Origin: a virus
Lineage: Duplodnaviria; Caudoviricetes
DNA length: 64,000 nucleotides
Virus record (IMG/VR): IMGVR_UViG_651703002_000001
Location: 64,001-128,000 of that record
Direction: 5' to 3' (one strand)
Under the pieces are notes generated by a model. That model saw nothing but the letters and a program-made list of their open reading frames with translations, was not told where the DNA came from and did no database searches. Positions 51,577 to 60,011 of the stretch are shown in pieces (within the stretch, counting starts at the first letter, position 1; the number at the start of each line of letters is the position of its first letter). Position numbers and translations under genes: made by a program.

Positions 51577-51583
51577 AATTTTT

Positions 51584-51770
51584 GGAACCACAATAAACAA
51601 GTATGTGCCTTGGTGGTTCGACCTGCTTTGCAGCCGTACATGAAGCTAAAGTTTTTGGATTTCTAAATAAGAGTATGGGACTCTGGAAATCGACACATTA
51701 ATTTGTATCCCGTTAAACTAAAAACTGTGAGGTTGTATATGTCGCCGCTAAACGCAAGCCGTTAGGACGT
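51584..51770 (+). ncRNA. Candidate structured RNA (about 185 nt)
   Basis: GAACCAC/GTGGTTC, CGAC/GTCG, TGCAGCC/GGTTGTA, AGTTTTTGG/CTAAAAACT, GATTTC/GAAATC, AGAGT/ACTCT. Confidence 0.6.
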
Positions 51771-51876
51771 AAAAGTAAAAAATAGTATTTTCATAAATGG
51801 TTATCCTAATGATGGTGTTCCTGTATTATGTAACGTGTTTTATCAATATGAAACTAATGGAGGTCCGTTAGACATA

Positions 51877-52063
51877 ATGATAGAAACCCCTGTATAATTC
51901 CGGATATATTATTGATTGGTATTCTTTCATAAAAGATGCATTAAACATTGGATGGAAGAAAGAGACTATAATTAAGAAAATAAAGTATGCATTCGATGAT
52001 GTTGAAATACAAAATTCGGATGATATATTAAAAAGAGTTATCCAGTATATAGAAAGCCTATAA
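51877..52063 (+). CDS. Hypothetical protein (about 61 aa, apparent extra C near 51888)
   Basis: MIET joins LYNSGYIIDWYSFIKDALNIGW... if one C of CCCC is removed. Confidence 0.45.
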
Positions 52064-52074
52064 AGGAAAATGGT

Positions 52075-52323
52075 ATGGGTAAAACTGTTCGCCGTAAAAA
52101 TGAAAAATATCTCCACGAATTGTACGATAGTATTGATGTGACCCGCGATTTGGGAGATTATTACAATAAAAGTCCGGATAGTGGTGTTAAGGATCGATAT
52201 AATGTATTGTCCCGACAGCGGGATCGTAAGCTGAAGCATGACATTCTACATGGTGACCATGATGTTTTTGTTGATGATGATTACGAAAAGAAACGTTCAA
52301 ATTCAGGTTATCAATACAGTTAA
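52075..52323 (+). CDS. vs.7: T4 Vs.7-like hypothetical protein
   Basis: MGKTVRRK start and KKRSNSGYQYS end resemble the recalled T4 Vs.7 termini. Confidence 0.6.
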   Translation: MGKTVRRKNEKYLHELYDSIDVTRDLGDYYNKSPDSGVKDRYNVLSRQRDRKLKHDILHGDHDVFVDDDYEKKRSNSGYQYS

Positions 52324-52370
52324 GGATATTCTATGTACAGAGAAGAAAACGAAGGCTGGTTTTAAGTGTA

Positions 52371-52600
52371 AGGGGTAATTAATATACCCCAGCGGCGTCA
52401 AACTATGTAGTCAATGGTGTGGTGACACCATACATAGTCACTAGACGAAAAGAGGGCGTATAACCTCGCATACGCTTCCCGTTATTAGAGGGTAGTGTGA
52501 CCTACTACAACACGAAAGGTTGTCTCTCAACTTCACCTAGAGGGGCGCATTACAACGGGGACTCTATCTTGCTTTGACTGGCTTGATATAGTCCCCGTTT
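52371..52600 (+). ncRNA. Candidate large structured RNA (about 230 nt)
   Basis: GGGGTA/TACCCC, ACTATGTA..TGGTGT/ACACCA..TACATAGT, GCGTAT/ATACGC, ACAAC/GTTGT, AACGGGGACT/AGTCCCCGTT. Confidence 0.65.
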
Positions 52601-52624
52601 CCTTTGGTATAATGGAGTTTTATA

Positions 52625-52828
52625 ATGATTACTTCTTTACTATTAATTTATATTATTTTTATCTTTGTGTTTATGGCGGCATATGGATTAATTGATTACC
52701 GAGAGTCAGAACAAAAACGATATCCTGATATAAATGAAATATTTGACTACTTCTTGGCTGGTTGTATGTGGCCTATAAGTATTGCTATCTGTGTAATTTA
52801 TAAAGTGTCAGAAGGTAGCTCTAAATAA
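52625..52828 (+). CDS. Small membrane protein
   Basis: 67 aa with two hydrophobic segments (..AGCMWPISIA..). Confidence 0.7.
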   Translation: MITSLLLIYIIFIFVFMAAYGLIDYRESEQKRYPDINEIFDYFLAGCMWPISIAICVIYKVSEGSSK

Positions 52829-52906
52829 CAGTATATGTATAACCGATGACGAGAACGAACCTCCCACCAACGATCAAGACGGATTCGGTTCTACTGATTC
52901 TTATTA

Positions 52907-53152
52907 ATGCATGATTTTACAATACAAAATGATGAGGTTTATCCCGTGGCAATGATGCACGAAAAGAAACATGCCCGTGAGGGTAGAGGTTCCGCTAATG
53001 GTGGAAATGAAAAATGGTATAACTCCCCACTTTGGGAAAAAGTGGAAGCCAAGCAAGTATCATTGGATGCAACTCCTGATGATCTGCTAAAAGAGAAAGA
53101 AAATGAAGACCTTAGAGCAAAACAGCGCCGTATGTTTGCAATGGCTTATTAA
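52907..53152 (+). CDS. Hypothetical protein (start uncertain)
   Basis: 81-aa ORF in the operon direction. Confidence 0.55.
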   Translation: MHDFTIQNDEVYPVAMMHEKKHAREGRGSANGGNEKWYNSPLWEKVEAKQVSLDATPDDLLKEKENEDLRAKQRRMFAMAY

Positions 53153-53174
53153 CAACTAAAAAGGTAAAACAGAT

Positions 53175-53729
53175 ATGATAGTATCGCCAAACAGTTTCTT
53201 TAGAGACGAATATGTTAGTATGATAAATAAAAAGTTGAAACTTTTTAAAAGTTCCGATTACGTTAGTAGAATGAGACTTCAACTAGCCCCACATTCTTTT
53301 CAATCTGAGTTTGCAACCATATGTTTAGATATGGGTAGACAAACCGGTAAAACGTCTGCGGCTTTGATGTTACTTGAGCAACATAGTGATGCACTTTATA
53401 TTGTTCATAATAGCGCCGCGATGAGATCTATTGTTTGTTTTGCTCCGCATTTGAAAAATCAAGTATTGTCAATTAGTGATTTTGTCAATAGGTTCTATTC
53501 TCGCGGAACATATAACCATGTAGTTTTAGGTAGTAGAATAGAAAAATATAGTTTGATCATTCTTGATGAACCATATTTTACGTGTACGAATGGACAAAGA
53601 CAATATACAAATAAACCAAACTGTTCTTATTTCGAAAGTATAGACGGTGAGAGTGTGAAAACTTATGACCTTGTAAGTTTTGCAGCATTTAAAATGGATT
53701 CATTAATAGTTAAGTTGGGAATGCAATGA
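53175..53729 (+). CDS. vs.8: T4 Vs.8-like P-loop protein
   Basis: TICLDMGRQTGKT, IILDEP, terminal LGMQ as recalled for T4 Vs.8. Confidence 0.72.
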   Translation: MIVSPNSFFRDEYVSMINKKLKLFKSSDYVSRMRLQLAPHSFQSEFATICLDMGRQTGKTSAALMLLEQHSDALYIVHNSAAMRSIVCFAPHLKNQVLSISDFVNRFYSRGTYNHVVLGSRIEKYSLIILDEPYFTCTNGQRQYTNKPNCSYFESIDGESVKTYDLVSFAAFKMDSLIVKLGMQ

Positions 53730-54127
53730 AAATAGCTTATAAATATGATATTAAACGTATATCAGATCGGGTTTCTCAATTTGTTACTGTTGGTTTAAAA
53801 ACCGTAGCTAAGATCCATTATCTTCATTTGGTAACAAGTAACTATGCGTTGCATATGGCACTTGATGAATTTTATAAAGAGTTCCCAGATGATTATCTGG
53901 ATGGGGTTGCTGAGAGTGCGTTAGCCAACGATATAACGTTATCCTATGTACCCTTCGAAGTGTCCGGAGAAGACGCGCTAGAGGTCTTACAGAAGCTATA
54001 TGATACCGGTATTGAACTGGTTTCTATACTGGAAGGTAAACCTGAATTTAAAGGTACTCTAAACGCAGTTGAGGACTCACTTGAATTTATTAAGAAAGTG
54101 ATCTACAAGGTAAAACGATTCAATTAA
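53726..54127 (+). CDS. Ferritin/Dps-like four-helix protein
   Basis: HYLHLVTSNYALHMALDEFY...DGVAE metal-binding pattern, KVIYK C-terminus. Confidence 0.7.
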   Translation: MKIAYKYDIKRISDRVSQFVTVGLKTVAKIHYLHLVTSNYALHMALDEFYKEFPDDYLDGVAESALANDITLSYVPFEVSGEDALEVLQKLYDTGIELVSILEGKPEFKGTLNAVEDSLEFIKKVIYKVKRFN

Positions 54128-54132
54128 AAAAT

Positions 54133-54174
54133 AATCCCTCGTCTATTGACGGGGGATTTTTATTTGTGTATAGT
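54133..54174 (+). terminator. Terminator overlapping a sigma70 promoter (TTGACG-N17-TATAGT)
   Basis: AATCCCTCGTC TATT GACGGGGGATTTTT; -35 box lies within the hairpin. Confidence 0.7.
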
Positions 54175-54456
54175 AAAGAAATTATAAGAATAAGGAATAA
54201 AAATATGTACGATGTACAACGTGTGATTGATATTTGTAAAGATTCGTATGAATTTGTTGAAGTTGTTGATATGGGGTCGTATACAAAGATAAAAACTTAT
54301 TACAGCAAGGCTTGTTTCATTGACGAACCCTGTGTAATGGAATGTGAATATGTAATTGGGGTTTTGAATAGTGGTATTGTAGTTACTCCATTTAAAGACA
54401 AAAAAAGTATGGTTTTCAAAACCGTTGAGGAATTTTCTTATTGGGTAGATGCCTAA
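54166..54456 (+). CDS. Hypothetical protein (true start probably near 54205)
   Basis: AAGGA RBS before MYDVQRV. Confidence 0.65.
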   Translation: MYSKEIIRIRNKNMYDVQRVIDICKDSYEFVEVVDMGSYTKIKTYYSKACFIDEPCVMECEYVIGVLNSGIVVTPFKDKKSMVFKTVEEFSYWVDA

Positions 54457-54488
54457 ATATCAAGGTAATAACCTAAAAGGAAAATAAA

Positions 54489-55337
54489 ATGAAAAAGTTT
54501 AGTGAATTTATAAAGTTGGAAGAAAAATTGATGGTATTTGGTAAGAAAGCATACCCTAAATTTGGAAACGTTCTTATTCTCGCAGGCGGTGCAGGTAGCG
54601 GTAAGGGCTTTGTAACATCTAAATTAGTAGGTATTGAAGGTATTATTCTTGATGTGGATCGCGTTAAAGAACTGGCTATGGCATCTACAAAACTTTCTGC
54701 TCGTATCAAGAGAGAAACCGGTCATGATATTTCTCAGTTCGACCTAAAGAAACCGGAGAATGTATCTACGCTCCATAATCTACTTGCGTCTGAATATAAG
54801 ACTACCAAGAAAATGGATAAGCGGGTGTTTGATGGGGTTCTTGCCGCACCAGAAGGACGTAAACCCAATATTATATTTGACGTTACCTTGAAAGATATGG
54901 GTAAAATGGCTCAAATAGCAAAACAAGTTCGAGATCTTGGATATGAAAAGGAAAACGTTCATATTGTATGGGTTATGAACAAGGTTGATGTTGCTATCGA
55001 TCAGAATAATAAGCGTAGTCGTACAGTCCCTCTTGAAATTCTAGTATCTACCCATGAGGGGGCAGCAATGACCTTCAAAAACCTAATGGCGATGGGTGAA
55101 GGTGCTAAGAACTATGCGGATGGAGATTGGTATATCGCGTTTAACCAAGTTGGGGTTGACTCAGAACTTGCCAAGTCTGGTAACGGTGGTAGTTATATCA
55201 AAGAAGCCAACTATATTAGAGTAAAACAACAAGGCAAAGCTCCAATGAAAGCAACTGAATTAGATAAAGCTATTGTTGGTAAGATTGCCGATTATATTCC
55301 AAATCCGGAAACTTGGGCTATGATAATGAAGAAATAA
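54489..55337 (+). CDS. P-loop kinase-like protein with capsid-targeting-like N-terminus
   Basis: MKKFSEFIKLEE; ILAGGAGSGKG; DVD; IIFDVT; NNKRSR lid; CCTAAATA at 54452. Confidence 0.8.
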   Translation: MKKFSEFIKLEEKLMVFGKKAYPKFGNVLILAGGAGSGKGFVTSKLVGIEGIILDVDRVKELAMASTKLSARIKRETGHDISQFDLKKPENVSTLHNLLASEYKTTKKMDKRVFDGVLAAPEGRKPNIIFDVTLKDMGKMAQIAKQVRDLGYEKENVHIVWVMNKVDVAIDQNNKRSRTVPLEILVSTHEGAAMTFKNLMAMGEGAKNYADGDWYIAFNQVGVDSELAKSGNGGSYIKEANYIRVKQQGKAPMKATELDKAIVGKIADYIPNPETWAMIMKK

Positions 55338-55381
55338 TTTTCCCTAAATACCAATGAACATAAAATAAGAGGAAAATTAAA

Positions 55382-56176
55382 ATGGCTTATGTTTATATTG
55401 TAAAAGGTAAGTCCACTACTTTGACTTCTACTGTCACGGGTGGTACTGCCGAAGGATATTCTTTCGTATGGAAGAAAGATTCTTCTGTTATTTCCGGAAC
55501 TGGGAAAACTAAAACACTTAGTAACTTCACAGATGCGGATGCTGGGGTTTATACGGTTACAGCTTCTAAAGATGCAGAAGCTGACGTAGTTGATACATTC
55601 GAGCTTGGGTGTGTTGAACATGTTCCTGCTATTACAACTCCAACTCCTGTAGTTAATAAGGTTGAAGGTGATTCAGTTACATTCACAGTAACTAAAGGTA
55701 CTATTAAATTTACTCCAACCACTACAGATCCTTCAGTCACCAGTCTATATGATGTTTCTACACAATGGAAACGGGGTTCTGATGATATCCCTAGCGCAAC
55801 TTCTACGGTTTATACAAAAGTAGTTGATCTTGCTGATGATGGAATTACTTTTAGTGTGGTTCAGTCTTTCCTTAAAGAAACCGTAAGTCAATCAACAACT
55901 CCGTTTGATGTTGGTATACTGAATGTTTCTGAAGTGGTTCCGCTTGTTGCAGAATGGGCGGTTGTTCCATTGACATATCGGAACGCTTCATTTACTTGGA
56001 TTGGATATTGGGTAATAGATGAAATTAAATCTAAATCTGATTGGTTTGATGATTACTCTACCATGAAATACAAAAGTGAAGTAGAAACAATTGTTAAGGC
56101 ATTTAATGACTATGGTGAGGTTTTCCTTTTGGAAAGTCGAAATGGTCGCCTGTTGAAAGTTAGTGATTTGAAATAA
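55382..56176 (+). CDS. hoc: Hoc-like outer capsid protein (two Ig-like domains), paralog 1
   Basis: YSFVWKKD..DAGVYTV Ig motif; PLTYRNASFTWIGYWVIDEI...ESRNG capsid-binding domain. Confidence 0.88.
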   Translation: MAYVYIVKGKSTTLTSTVTGGTAEGYSFVWKKDSSVISGTGKTKTLSNFTDADAGVYTVTASKDAEADVVDTFELGCVEHVPAITTPTPVVNKVEGDSVTFTVTKGTIKFTPTTTDPSVTSLYDVSTQWKRGSDDIPSATSTVYTKVVDLADDGITFSVVQSFLKETVSQSTTPFDVGILNVSEVVPLVAEWAVVPLTYRNASFTWIGYWVIDEIKSKSDWFDDYSTMKYKSEVETIVKAFNDYGEVFLLESRNGRLLKVSDLK

Positions 56177-56180
56177 TATT

Positions 56181-56203
56181 AGGCTCCTTCGGGAGCCTTT
56201 TTT
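56181..56203 (+). terminator. Rho-independent terminator with cUUCGg loop
   Basis: AGGCTCC TTCG GGAGCCTTTTTT. Confidence 0.9.
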
Positions 56204-56234
56204 GATCCTAAATATAATTTTAGGAGATAACAAA

Positions 56235-56663
56235 ATGAAATATGAAAAAAGTCGCGGGATATCCCGCGATAAAATGCCACAAATAACGGTTGCGAATGTT
56301 CCAGTTTTCTTAGAGTTTATGTTAAAGAAAGGTGTTACCTATAGAAAAGAAAGGGTAGCGGTTAAATCTCTTCTTCCTACTCAATCTGAGTATAATGAGG
56401 ATAAAGTTAAAAATATGGTATCTGCTCCGGATTCTGTTCTGTGTGCTCCGATCATAACTTCTGATGATGATTATATTTTAGACGGGCATCATAGATATAG
56501 TGCTGTATTGGCTCAAAATCCAAATAAGCTGATGGAAATTTATAGAGTAGACATTCCTATTGATGATCTGTTACAATATGCATATGCGTTTCCTCTTACA
56601 TTTTATAAAGGCATAAATGAATGTAAGATTGGATTTAGTAAATTTATGAAATTAAAAGGATAA
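56235..56663 (+). CDS. ParB/Srx-like N-terminal domain protein
   Basis: LLPTQSE, PIITSDDDYILDGHHRY; CCTAAATA at 56207 and AGGAG RBS. Confidence 0.8.
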   Translation: MKYEKSRGISRDKMPQITVANVPVFLEFMLKKGVTYRKERVAVKSLLPTQSEYNEDKVKNMVSAPDSVLCAPIITSDDDYILDGHHRYSAVLAQNPNKLMEIYRVDIPIDDLLQYAYAFPLTFYKGINECKIGFSKFMKLKG

Positions 56664-56671
56664 TAAAAGAA

Positions 56672-57247
56672 ATGTCATCATTACATTTTCATCACTCTGC
56701 TATGAACTCCGGAAAAAGTACACACCTATTACAAGTTGCTTATAATTATGAAGAACGTGGTATGAATGTTCTGGTTATAAAGCCAAACATTGACACCCGA
56801 GATGGAGATTTTGTTAAAGCTAGAATTGGGCTATCAAGACCCGCCGTAATGTTCTCGAAAGACGAAAATCTGATAGATCTATTCCTAAGTTATAGTATTG
56901 GTTCAAAAAGAGATTGTATTCTTGTTGATGAAGCTCAATTCATGACAATAGAACAAGTAAAACAGTTGGCTAAAATTGTTGATGATTATGATGTTCCTGT
57001 CATGTGTTATGGTCTTATGTCAGATTCCAATGGTAATATGTTTGATGCGTCCCGTCAGTTGGTTGTAATGGCTGAACAGCTCGTTGAGCACAAAACTATA
57101 TGTTGGTGTGGATCTAAAGCTTCAATGAATATGCGTATTAATGAAGGTGGTGAGAAAATTCTAGGAGATCAGGTTTGTATCGGTGGAAATGATAAATTTA
57201 TTTCAGTATGTCGTAAACATTGGGTGAGTGGGAAACCACACCCTTAA
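56672..57247 (+). CDS. tk: Thymidine kinase
   Basis: SAMNSGKST, VDEAQF, VMCYGL, CWCG, IGGNDKFISVCRKHW. Confidence 0.97.
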   Translation: MSSLHFHHSAMNSGKSTHLLQVAYNYEERGMNVLVIKPNIDTRDGDFVKARIGLSRPAVMFSKDENLIDLFLSYSIGSKRDCILVDEAQFMTIEQVKQLAKIVDDYDVPVMCYGLMSDSNGNMFDASRQLVVMAEQLVEHKTICWCGSKASMNMRINEGGEKILGDQVCIGGNDKFISVCRKHWVSGKPHP

Positions 57248-57250
57248 AAC

Positions 57251-57283
57251 AAAAGGGATCCCCAATTGGGATCCCTTTTTTTT
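57251..57283. terminator. Bidirectional terminator
   Basis: AAAAGGGATCCC CAATT GGGATCCCTTTTTTTT between convergent genes. Confidence 0.85.
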
Positions 57284-58103
57284 ACGTAAGGTCTGCTCTA
57301 CCAAGAATTCTACCGTTTCTCGATTCCATTACTGTGAAGTTTGGATAGGTTTCAAAACCTTCTGCCAATAATGAAACTAAACATGGATATTTAAATCTTG
57401 GGTTTGTTGGATCGGATATCCAGTTAAATCCTTCATTCTTTGCTTTTAGAATTTCATCAGTTACCCAATAACCAACCCAAGTAAATCCGGCACTTCTATA
57501 ATGTAATGGAACAATATAGTAAGATCTACAGGATTCTGGTTCGATTTCATCAAACAGTCTTATATTGAATGTTTCGGTTTTCGGTATATATGCTCCGAGC
57601 TTAGTGGCAGTAACCACATAATTATATTCTCCATAATCCGAATCTGAAACTATTTTATTCAATGTATTTTCTGTGCTAATGGTATTACCATTTCGAATCC
57701 AATTGTAGCTAAGTGTACTTCTATTCCTAGAAACTAATATACTTGGTGTTAGAGTTAAATTAGCACCTTCTTCCACATGTATATCTACACTGGAAAGTAT
57801 TGATATATCAATTTCTCTGGGAATTACACCCACCTCAAAATTTATCTCATTTGATAATATATATGATGTACTACCTTCTTTGGTATAAATTAGTCTAGCA
57901 TAATATACCCCAGCGGCTGGATAATCTATATCATAAAGATCAAATGAATTGGGGCTCTCTTGTGGTAATTGGGGCATTAACGCCCCAGATTTATACCATT
58001 CAATACCAACAAGAATTCCCCCAACCGGTAATACCATTGAGTCGATAACGAAACTTACATTGTCACCAACTAATGCATAGTCTGGACCATTTATAAGAAT
58101 CAT
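57282..58103 (-). CDS. hoc: Hoc-like outer capsid protein (two Ig-like domains), paralog 2
   Basis: EWYK..AAGVYY, YNWIRNG..DYGEY; PLHYRSAGFTWVGYWVTDEI...ESRNG. Confidence 0.85.
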   Translation of the reverse strand: MILINGPDYALVGDNVSFVIDSMVLPVGGILVGIEWYKSGALMPQLPQESPNSFDLYDIDYPAAGVYYARLIYTKEGSTSYILSNEINFEVGVIPREIDISILSSVDIHVEEGANLTLTPSILVSRNRSTLSYNWIRNGNTISTENTLNKIVSDSDYGEYNYVVTATKLGAYIPKTETFNIRLFDEIEPESCRSYYIVPLHYRSAGFTWVGYWVTDEILKAKNEGFNWISDPTNPRFKYPCLVSLLAEGFETYPNFTVMESRNGRILGRADLT

Positions 58104-59164
58104 TGTGTTAAGTCCCTATGATTCAATTTAACTATTTCTGCTCTAACTACGTGGTTTGAACTTGTAGTATTTTCTCCAGAAACTGTTAAAAACACTTTAT
58201 ACCATTTATTGGTTGTTTGGTTATAAAAAGAACTACTATGTAATTCCATACTTCCACCATAAACACCATTATCTATTTCTGTATTTATTGTAGTTGCTAC
58301 CCAACCGGATTGATACCAAGAACGAATTCCGTTTGCACCACTTTGTATTGTATATTTTATATCATAAATTGCAGGAATTGTGGGATCTGTCAATTTAACA
58401 TTAAGGCTACTAGTGTTTCCAGTTCTTCTATTTAAAACTATAGTAAGACCTGAATCTCCAATTGGAAATGAATATGTTCCATTTAACGCAGGAGTTTGGA
58501 TTGTTCCCGAATAACTCCAATATGTTTGGGGTAGATATGGCAATAGTTTATTAAGGAGATTTCTTAGGTCTGTATCAGTAAGGGAATCCACATCAAATAC
58601 ACCAGACACTCCTTGTATTCCTTGGTCACCTTTATCTCCCTTGTCGCCCTGTATTCCTTGTATCCCTTGTATTCCTTGGTCACCTTTATCTCCCTTGTCG
58701 CCTTTATCACCTTTTGCCCCAACTGCCGACATTAATGCCCAATACACAGTATCTGTCGGTAATATTCCAGTTGATGATGTTATACAAAAATATGTAGCTC
58801 CTTCATAGGAAACTGCATCGTCATCAATGTATGCTACCAGCGGGTCATATATCCCTTTCCAGTTTAATCCAGATGGTCCAATAGGTCCTATATCCCCTTT
58901 ATCTCCCTTGTCGCCTTTATCTCCCTTCTCTCCCGGAACACCATCGAGCATTTCTTGGGTTATTCCTAAAATACCTCTAGCTTCCTCTGCGGTGTTTGAC
59001 TTAATTATAGATTTACCATAATCCGGAGAAGTTAATTTATCGGTGTCTAATGGGCTGGTAGATTTTAGTATAGAATCAAATTGAATTTTTGTTTCATCCA
59101 TTTCAACAAGATTCACCCCCTTAAAATCCCCACGACCATTATGACCAAATAACGGATCTGTCAT
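58100..59164 (-). CDS. Collagen-like fibre protein with an internal CBM5/12-like module
   Basis: Two G-X-Y runs (GDKGDK, GIQGIQ) flanking WKGIYDP..Y..DDAVSYEGATYFC..PTDTVYW. Confidence 0.8.
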   Translation of the reverse strand: MTDPLFGHNGRGDFKGVNLVEMDETKIQFDSILKSTSPLDTDKLTSPDYGKSIIKSNTAEEARGILGITQEMLDGVPGEKGDKGDKGDKGDIGPIGPSGLNWKGIYDPLVAYIDDDAVSYEGATYFCITSSTGILPTDTVYWALMSAVGAKGDKGDKGDKGDQGIQGIQGIQGDKGDKGDQGIQGVSGVFDVDSLTDTDLRNLLNKLLPYLPQTYWSYSGTIQTPALNGTYSFPIGDSGLTIVLNRRTGNTSSLNVKLTDPTIPAIYDIKYTIQSGANGIRSWYQSGWVATTINTEIDNGVYGGSMELHSSSFYNQTTNKWYKVFLTVSGENTTSSNHVVRAEIVKLNHRDLTQ

Positions 59165-59264
59165 TTTATTTTTCCTTCTTTGTAGTTGACTTCAACAAAA
59201 CCTTATGTTAACCTATAGCCAAAATAAAGTTTGAAATCATCATTTATATTTACGGGAGTTAAAA

Positions 59265-59636
59265 ATGAGTAAATTGCCTGAGTTTGTAAGTTTCAATAAA
59301 TCTGTTAAAATAGATGATATGACATTAATGTTACCAGTTAACACCCATAAATTTGATAAATTTGCGGTAACTATTAACGATAATGGATTGGTTGAATTGT
59401 GGCCTGAATCTTGTGTAGATGTGGGTATTTCTTACAACGAAAATATTGGATTTCATGTAAGTGCTAATCCAGATCATTATAGTTGGGATAGTGAAATTAT
59501 GGTTGGTCATATGTACGAAGATGATCCGGCTTCTGCCACATACCTTAATTGTATGTGGCAGTTTAAAAGAGAGGGTAGTTCAATTAAATTTATTTCAAAA
59601 GAATGCTTTACTTCTTACTCTGGTCGTGTAAAATAG
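59265..59636 (+). CDS. Hypothetical protein
   Basis: 123 aa, GGGAG RBS; TTGACT-N17-TAACCT upstream. Confidence 0.75.
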   Translation: MSKLPEFVSFNKSVKIDDMTLMLPVNTHKFDKFAVTINDNGLVELWPESCVDVGISYNENIGFHVSANPDHYSWDSEIMVGHMYEDDPASATYLNCMWQFKREGSSIKFISKECFTSYSGRVK

Positions 59637-59662
59637 GTTTTAGACATTAAGGGAGAGACGAC

Positions 59663-60001
59663 ATGAAAACCATCCATTGTAAGCCTGAGTTTGTGGAATT
59701 CTATCACGGTTCGTGTACTCTCGGCCTTAAAGGAAATATGTTGCTTCCTCCTGAAATGACTGATACTATTTCTGAGAAGGGTAGAAAGAAGAATCTAGAT
59801 CGGGTATTCTTCACCAAGGATAAAGGTCTTGCTAAGGTATACGCAAGGCGGGCGGCTCGGTCTATTGGTGGGGAACCTACTTTGTTTCGAGTTGTTGCGC
59901 CGGTAGATACCGTGTTTATGTCAGAAACTCCGGGGGCGACTGTGTATCATGCCGCATGGGCATTCGTTGAAGAAATGCCTTTTGGTAAATTGAGCGACTA
60001 A
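59663..60001 (+). CDS. Putative ADP-ribosyltransferase-fold (Arr-like) protein
   Basis: FYHGS...LLPP...VFFT.D...A..YA pattern. Confidence 0.6.
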   Translation: MKTIHCKPEFVEFYHGSCTLGLKGNMLLPPEMTDTISEKGRKKNLDRVFFTKDKGLAKVYARRAARSIGGEPTLFRVVAPVDTVFMSETPGATVYHAAWAFVEEMPFGKLSD

Positions 60002-60011
60002 GGAAATTATT

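Noticed and set aside
52555-52600. GATATAGTCC resembling the group I intron S element
   Set aside because: It pairs locally with GGACTCTATC; no P/Q/R elements or interrupted exons found
43957-52600. tmRNA, or theta (HDV-like) ribozymes after tRNAs
   Set aside because: No Ala-like tmRNA termini enclosing a long RNA; tRNA 3' ends are followed by short AT-rich spacers, with no HDV-like fold recognised; a covariance scan is still advisable
58610-58930. Tandem 9-bp DNA repeats as VNTR or CRISPR-like array
   Set aside because: They encode the collagen G-X-Y triplets; no repeat-spacer array was seen anywhere in the window
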